Source: Candidatus Velthaea sp. (GTDB lineage: Bacteria > Vulcanimicrobiota > Vulcanimicrobiia > Vulcanimicrobiales > Vulcanimicrobiaceae). Taken from it: a stretch of 64,000 bases of DNA. A program made the translations under genes and the position numbers. The stretch spans positions 64,001 to 128,000 of the forward strand of contig CBDCCS010000016.1 of the NCBI GenBank assembly GCA_965214935.1, read 5' to 3'. The number at the start of each line of letters is the position of its first letter. Positions within the stretch are counted from its first letter, which is position 1. Under the pieces are notes generated by a model, which saw only the letters and a program-made list of their open reading frames with translations, searched no databases and had not been told where the DNA came from. Shown here one piece after another: positions 59,409-64,000 of this stretch.

Positions 59409-60178
59409 GCGCCGCCGTCGGACCATTGCTCGACGTCGACCACGTCACCGTTTCGTACGACGGGTTCAAGGCGCTGGACGATCTGTCGTTCAGCCTCGCG
59501 CCCGGAGCCGTGCGCGTGTTGATCGGACCCAACGGCGCCGGCAAGTCGACGTTGCTCGACACGATCATCGGCCGCGTTCGGCCAAGCGAAGGCCGCATCG
59601 TCTTCAAAGGTGAGGACATAAGCGCGCTGCCCGATTTTCGCATCGTTCAACGTGGAATATGCCGCAAATTCCAAACCCCCGGCGTTCTCGATGAGCTTAG
59701 TGTCGAGGCCAATATTCTCGTTGCGGCGACGCGCGACCGGCGTTCTTGGCGCAGCCTCACCACCGCGCGCTTGCCCAGCGAACGCGAGCGCGTTCACGAG
59801 GTCCTGGCGACGATCGGTCTGACCGCGAAACGCGAGATGCCCGCCGTTCAACTCGCGCATGGCGAACGTCAGTGGCTAGAGATCGGCATGGTCGTCGCAT
59901 CCGATGCCGATCTGCTCTTGCTCGACGAACCTGCGGCCGGCATGACGCACCGCGAAGCCGGCGCAACGGCAGATCTCATCCGCAGCCTCGGCGGCCGGCA
60001 TGCGGTGATTGTGATCGACCACGATATGGATTTTGTCGAGCAGATCGCCGCGCCGGTCAGCGTTCTGCACATGGGCCACATGCTCGCGCATGGCTCGATT
60101 GCCGAAATACGAAACGATCCAACCGTCGCTGCGGTCTACCTTGGGCGTCCGGTCGGAGACGGCAATGCTCACGCTTGA
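59405..60178 (+). CDS. urtD: Urea ABC transporter ATPase
   Basis: GPNGAGKS, RKFQTP, HGERQWLEIGM. Confidence 0.92.
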   Translation: MSAAVGPLLDVDHVTVSYDGFKALDDLSFSLAPGAVRVLIGPNGAGKSTLLDTIIGRVRPSEGRIVFKGEDISALPDFRIVQRGICRKFQTPGVLDELSVEANILVAATRDRRSWRSLTTARLPSERERVHEVLATIGLTAKREMPAVQLAHGERQWLEIGMVVASDADLLLLDEPAAGMTHREAGATADLIRSLGGRHAVIVIDHDMDFVEQIAAPVSVLHMGHMLAHGSIAEIRNDPTVAAVYLGRPVGDGNAHA

Positions 60179-60884
60179 AGATGTCGATGCAGCATACGGT
60201 CTCAGTCCCGTCCTGTCGGCGATCGGCATGCGCGTAGAAACCGGCGAGGCCGTCGCGTTACTCGGGCGTAACGGCGTTGGAAAGACGACGCTGTTGCGGA
60301 CGATCATCGGATTGCATCCGGTCACGCGCGGCCGCATTGCTTTCGACGACCGTCAAATCAATGGTTTTGCTGCGCACCGGCGAGCACGACTCGGCATCGG
60401 ATACGTACCGCAGGGCCGCGGCATTTTTCCGCAGTTAACGGTCGAAGAAAATCTTGCGCTCGGTTCATCAGCCGTCGGTCGCAGACGGCCGGCAACAACG
60501 CGCTCGCCGGGATCAAGTCCGTTCGCGAAGGTCTACGAGCTATTTCCGACGTTAGCACGACTACGGTCGCGCAAAGGCGGCGTACTCAGCGGCGGCGAGC
60601 AACAGCAGCTTGCGCTCGGGCGGGCGCTCGTTGCCGAACCGCGTCTTTTGCTGCTCGATGAACCATGCGAAGGGATCCAACCCTCGATCGTTCAGGAGAT
60701 TGAGGCCGTGCTCGGTACGATTCGGCGCGAACTTGGCATTGCGCTCATTGTCGTCGAGCAGCATCTCGATTTCGCCTGGTCGATTGCCGACCGCTACTAC
60801 GTCATGCAGCGCGGTAAGGTCGTCGCGGCGGGCGAGACGGCGACGAATGCGCCGTCGGAAATTTTATCGCTGCTCAGCGTCTGA
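60165..60884 (+). CDS. urtE: Urea ABC transporter ATPase
   Basis: GRNGVGKT, YVPQGR.IF, LSGGEQQQL, DEP.EGIQPSI. Confidence 0.92.
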   Translation: MLTLEDVDAAYGLSPVLSAIGMRVETGEAVALLGRNGVGKTTLLRTIIGLHPVTRGRIAFDDRQINGFAAHRRARLGIGYVPQGRGIFPQLTVEENLALGSSAVGRRRPATTRSPGSSPFAKVYELFPTLARLRSRKGGVLSGGEQQQLALGRALVAEPRLLLLDEPCEGIQPSIVQEIEAVLGTIRRELGIALIVVEQHLDFAWSIADRYYVMQRGKVVAAGETATNAPSEILSLLSV

Positions 60885-61167
60885 GATTGCGTTCCGAAGC
60901 GCTCGAAGAACCGCCGACAACTCAAAGCGCTCGATGTCGACGAGAGCTCGAGCCTGCCGGGCTCACGAAGCGCAGGCGTACAGAGTTGCTCTCGAGCGCA
61001 CCGTCGATCTGTCAGCCGAGCGACATCTCGTGAAGCTGATGAGCGGTCGCGCTATAACTCGCGAATCGAGATGACCGGCGCTACTCCCGTCCGTTCACAA
61101 CCTTGGAAAAAAACCACTCGAGTAAGCGTTGGCTCAACCTAAGAATCGGACATTCGAAGAAGCCTGT

Positions 61168-61944
61168 TTAGCGTACAATCTCGGTGCCGGCACCTTTCAA
61201 AAGGGCGGCGATTGAACCGCTTGCGACACCGCCGATGATTGCGCGCCGCGCGGCGCCGCGCACGGCGAGCATCGCTGCATCGATCTTGGGTAACATGCCG
61301 TCCACAAACACTCCGCGTTCGCGATACCCTTGCGCCTCACTCAGCGTCATGCGTGCGATACCCGAAGCCGGATCGTCGCGGTCGATACGCACGCGCTCGA
61401 CATCGGTGAGAACCAGATAGACGTCGACGGCGAGCACTGCTGCCAGGGCGCCCGCGGCGGTATCGGCATTGATGTTGTAGCGCTGACCGCGTCGATCGCT
61501 GCCGATCGGCGAGACGACGGGCAGCGCGCCGGCCTCCATCATTGCGCGAACACTGTGCGGCTCGACCGCTTCGATGTCGCCGACAAAGCCGAGGTCGCCC
61601 GCTGGATGCTCGGCACGCCGCGCAATAAAAAGGCCGTCGTCGCCGGCGATCCGTCGTGCGTCCGCGCCGGCGGTTATGAGCGCGGCGACGATCGATGCAT
61701 TTACCCGACGGCCGAGAACTTCTTGGACGACGTCGAGTGTCGCTGCATCGGTTACTCGCAGTCCTGCAATGCGCCGAGTAAGCATTTGGCGCGCGCGCAA
61801 TTCGGTGTCGACGGCCGGACCGCCGCCGTGCACCAAGACAATCGGCATCCCGTCGGCGTGCATTTCGGCCAGCTCGCGCAACACCGGATCGCCGTCGCCT
61901 CCGGCCGCGATCGAACCGCCGAATTTGACCAGCAGTGACGGCAC
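61168..61944 (-). CDS. argB: Acetylglutamate kinase
   Basis: VKFGGS, VHGGGP, GLRVTD, GFVG, NINADTAA, GMLPK. Confidence 0.92.
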   Translation of the reverse strand: MPSLLVKFGGSIAAGGDGDPVLRELAEMHADGMPIVLVHGGGPAVDTELRARQMLTRRIAGLRVTDAATLDVVQEVLGRRVNASIVAALITAGADARRIAGDDGLFIARRAEHPAGDLGFVGDIEAVEPHSVRAMMEAGALPVVSPIGSDRRGQRYNINADTAAGALAAVLAVDVYLVLTDVERVRIDRDDPASGIARMTLSEAQGYRERGVFVDGMLPKIDAAMLAVRGAARRAIIGGVASGSIAALLKGAGTEIVR

Positions 61945-61952
61945 GGCAGACG

Positions 61953-62636
61953 TTATGAAGCGATCCGAATTCCGAGTTCGTCGAGGTGCTGCAGCAAATC
62001 GGCGGGATCGGCGTACACGCGGTAGGCCCCGGCTTGCTGCAACTCATTTTCGCCGTAACCGCCGCTGAGTACACCGATACCTAGCGATCCCGCACGTTGC
62101 GCGGCGAGCAAATCCCAAATCGAATCGCCGACGACGAATGCGCTGCGCGGCTCGACGCCCAAACGCCGCGCCGCTTCGAGAAACAGATCGGGGTTGGGCT
62201 TTGCGTGCGCAACATCGGTACGCGTAACGACCGGCACCCCGTCGGGAACGTCGAGAATACGCAGGGTGCGTGCTGCAACTTCGCGCGAGCCGCTCGTTGC
62301 GATCGCCCACGGCACGCCGTCGGCGGTCAAGGCTGCGAGCAGGGCGCGCGCGCCCGGCAACGGACGCACTTGTCCGACAAGCCGTTCGTACGCCTCGCTA
62401 TGTCCACGCTGCAACGTCTCGACAAGATCGGGCTCGAGTTCCCGGCCGAGTTCGCGCTTAAGCGCGCGTACGAATAAGCCGCCGCTCATGCCGATTCGGC
62501 GATGGATACGCCAGACCGACAATTCGATACCGTTGCTGCGCAGCGATTCGTCCCATGCCATGACATGCTGGTAAACACTGTCGGCCAGCGTTCCATCGAG
62601 ATCGAAAATCATTGCCGCGTCATGCCGCTCGGTCAT
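61953..62636 (-). CDS. HAD family hydrolase
   Basis: FDLDGTL, ATSG, KPNPD, VGDSIWD. Confidence 0.92.
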   Translation of the reverse strand: MTERHDAAMIFDLDGTLADSVYQHVMAWDESLRSNGIELSVWRIHRRIGMSGGLFVRALKRELGRELEPDLVETLQRGHSEAYERLVGQVRPLPGARALLAALTADGVPWAIATSGSREVAARTLRILDVPDGVPVVTRTDVAHAKPNPDLFLEAARRLGVEPRSAFVVGDSIWDLLAAQRAGSLGIGVLSGGYGENELQQAGAYRVYADPADLLQHLDELGIRIAS

Positions 62637-63703
62637 GGCTTACTTTCATCGACGACGAGCAATGTAAATGACCCCGGCACGATCGTACGCGTCGACCGCT
62701 GCTCGCCCGACGCCGGTGGTCCGAGCAAAACTTTCGCGGTAACTAAATAAGCTGCGTGCGTCGCCGTATCGAGCGCGAGCGTACGCGCGTATTGCTGCGT
62801 CGTAACCGTTTGCACGACCGAAAAGGAACTCGGCGAATCCTCGTGCACGACGGTGAGCGTTCCGTCGCCGTTGGAACTGAACGCCCGCGCGGTCACGGCA
62901 TCGAAGGCGGTCGCGTCAACGCCCTTGCCGATCGGCAGCGTGGTAACGACCCTGCCGTTGTCGCTATCGACGACGGCCATGAGCTGGTTTGCACACCCGG
63001 CGAACAGCCGGTGGTGCGCGGCGTCGATCGATAGTCCGGACGGCTCCTCGCACGGCGCAAGCGGCCATGTCGCCGTGACGGCATCGGTTTTCACGTCGAT
63101 GGCAACAAGCTCGCTTTTGTCTTCGATATTGACGTACAGCATGCCGGTACCGTTGGTCGCTGCGAACTCGGGCCGGCCGGGTAAGGCAATGGTACCGACC
63201 ACGGATTCGGCGGCAGCGTCGATGACCGTCGCATCGTTGCTGCCGCCATTGAACGTGAAGATGCGTTTTGAAAATGCATCGTAAACGATGGCATCGGGAT
63301 TTCGTCCATCGATGTGAATGACGTTCGTCGTCTTGAGCGTGTGCAAATCGAAGACGGTCAGGCTGTTGGCGCGCCCGTTACTCGTGAAGCCTTTGCCGAG
63401 ATCGCCGGCGATCGCAATCCCGTGAACGCCGGGCGTATCGGGAATTTCGCCGACGGCCGTCCCGCTCGCCGGATCGACGACCATGACCCGCGTCGCGCGT
63501 GACACGAACAGATGCTTATCGGCCGCATCGTAGTTCAAATAATCCCAGCCGCCGGTTTCGCCGAGTACAAATACGTGCGCGACGCGATAGTTGCTCGACA
63601 CGACGGCCTGTCGCGCAGCGCCGATTGTCGTAGCCGCGCCGAGGATCGCGAACATCAGCATCGCTGCAGCGCCGAATGCAAAGCTGAGCCGCGTTCGTTT
63701 CAT
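62633..63703 (-). CDS. Secreted YncE-family beta-propeller protein
   Basis: Signal peptide, GGWDYL, GVHGIA, NPDAI, CEEPSG, ARTLALD. Confidence 0.85.
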   Translation of the reverse strand: MKRTRLSFAFGAAAMLMFAILGAATTIGAARQAVVSSNYRVAHVFVLGETGGWDYLNYDAADKHLFVSRATRVMVVDPASGTAVGEIPDTPGVHGIAIAGDLGKGFTSNGRANSLTVFDLHTLKTTNVIHIDGRNPDAIVYDAFSKRIFTFNGGSNDATVIDAAAESVVGTIALPGRPEFAATNGTGMLYVNIEDKSELVAIDVKTDAVTATWPLAPCEEPSGLSIDAAHHRLFAGCANQLMAVVDSDNGRVVTTLPIGKGVDATAFDAVTARAFSSNGDGTLTVVHEDSPSSFSVVQTVTTQQYARTLALDTATHAAYLVTAKVLLGPPASGEQRSTRTIVPGSFTLLVVDESKP

Positions 63704-63737
63704 GCTCAAAGGGCTACGCTGCGATGCGGGTTTAAGC

Positions 63738-64000
63738 CTACGACACCGCGCCGCGCCGGCGCGCGCCGATCGAGTCGGCGAGCGCCGCCGCGAAGATAAC
63801 GGCGCCTTGAATGAACTGCACCCAAAACGGCTGGACGTTCTTGAGCGTCAACCCGTTGTTGATCAAGCCGATGATCAAAACGCCGAGCAGCGTCCCGCCG
63901 ATATTGCCTTTGCCGCCGAAGAGCGACGCGCCGCCGATGACGACTGCGGCAATGGCGTTGAGTTCGAGTCCGGTGGCGGCGATCGGTTGGGCGGAATCGA
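63738..64000 (-). CDS. 3' end of a monosaccharide ABC permease (RbsC-like), truncated by window edge
   Basis: GLELNAIAAVVIGGASLFGGKGNIGGTLLG...NNGL...QG; stop TAG at 63738. Confidence 0.9.
   Translation of the reverse strand, partial: DSAQPIAATGLELNAIAAVVIGGASLFGGKGNIGGTLLGVLIIGLINNGLTLKNVQPFWVQFIQGAVIFAAALADSIGARRRGAVS

Noticed and set aside
60885..61167. Possible HTH remnant on the minus strand (SIREL*RDRSSASRDVARL)
   Set aside because: Too short and interrupted to support without a search

Overview
GC-rich, gene-dense bacterial chromosome segment. I found no CRISPR array, integrase or transposase. A Terrabacteria host such as Eremiobacterota/Vulcanimicrobiota is my inference from the RpoD style and the copper-amine-oxidase-N-domain and small secreted proteins; it is not proven. 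Housekeeping content: dnaG-rpoD, tRNA-Leu(GAG), pepN-dacB, argB, urtABCDE, several ABC permeases, a peroxiredoxin/thioredoxin pair opposite a Fur-family regulator, and a kamB-kamC-kce lysine-catabolism module. The main feature is a ~13 kb hopanoid cluster (38958-51844): polyprenyl synthase, hpnH, hpnA, a short RND transporter, a single-enzyme squalene synthase, the C-2 methylase hpnP, shc, hpnB and hpnG. Several of these proteins resemble the cyanobacterial versions. Beside it is an unannotated attenuator-like leader (promoter, probably leaderless 24-aa uORF, alternative hairpins, U11 terminator) in front of a GNAT gene and a metallothionein-like gene. Smaller signals include TetR and Fur operators, an 11-bp-period repeat upstream of urtA, a probable CTG start codon, head-to-head overlapping start codons (shc/hpnB) and a frameshifted beta-propeller pseudogene. 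All product calls come from motif recognition by eye, not database searches.
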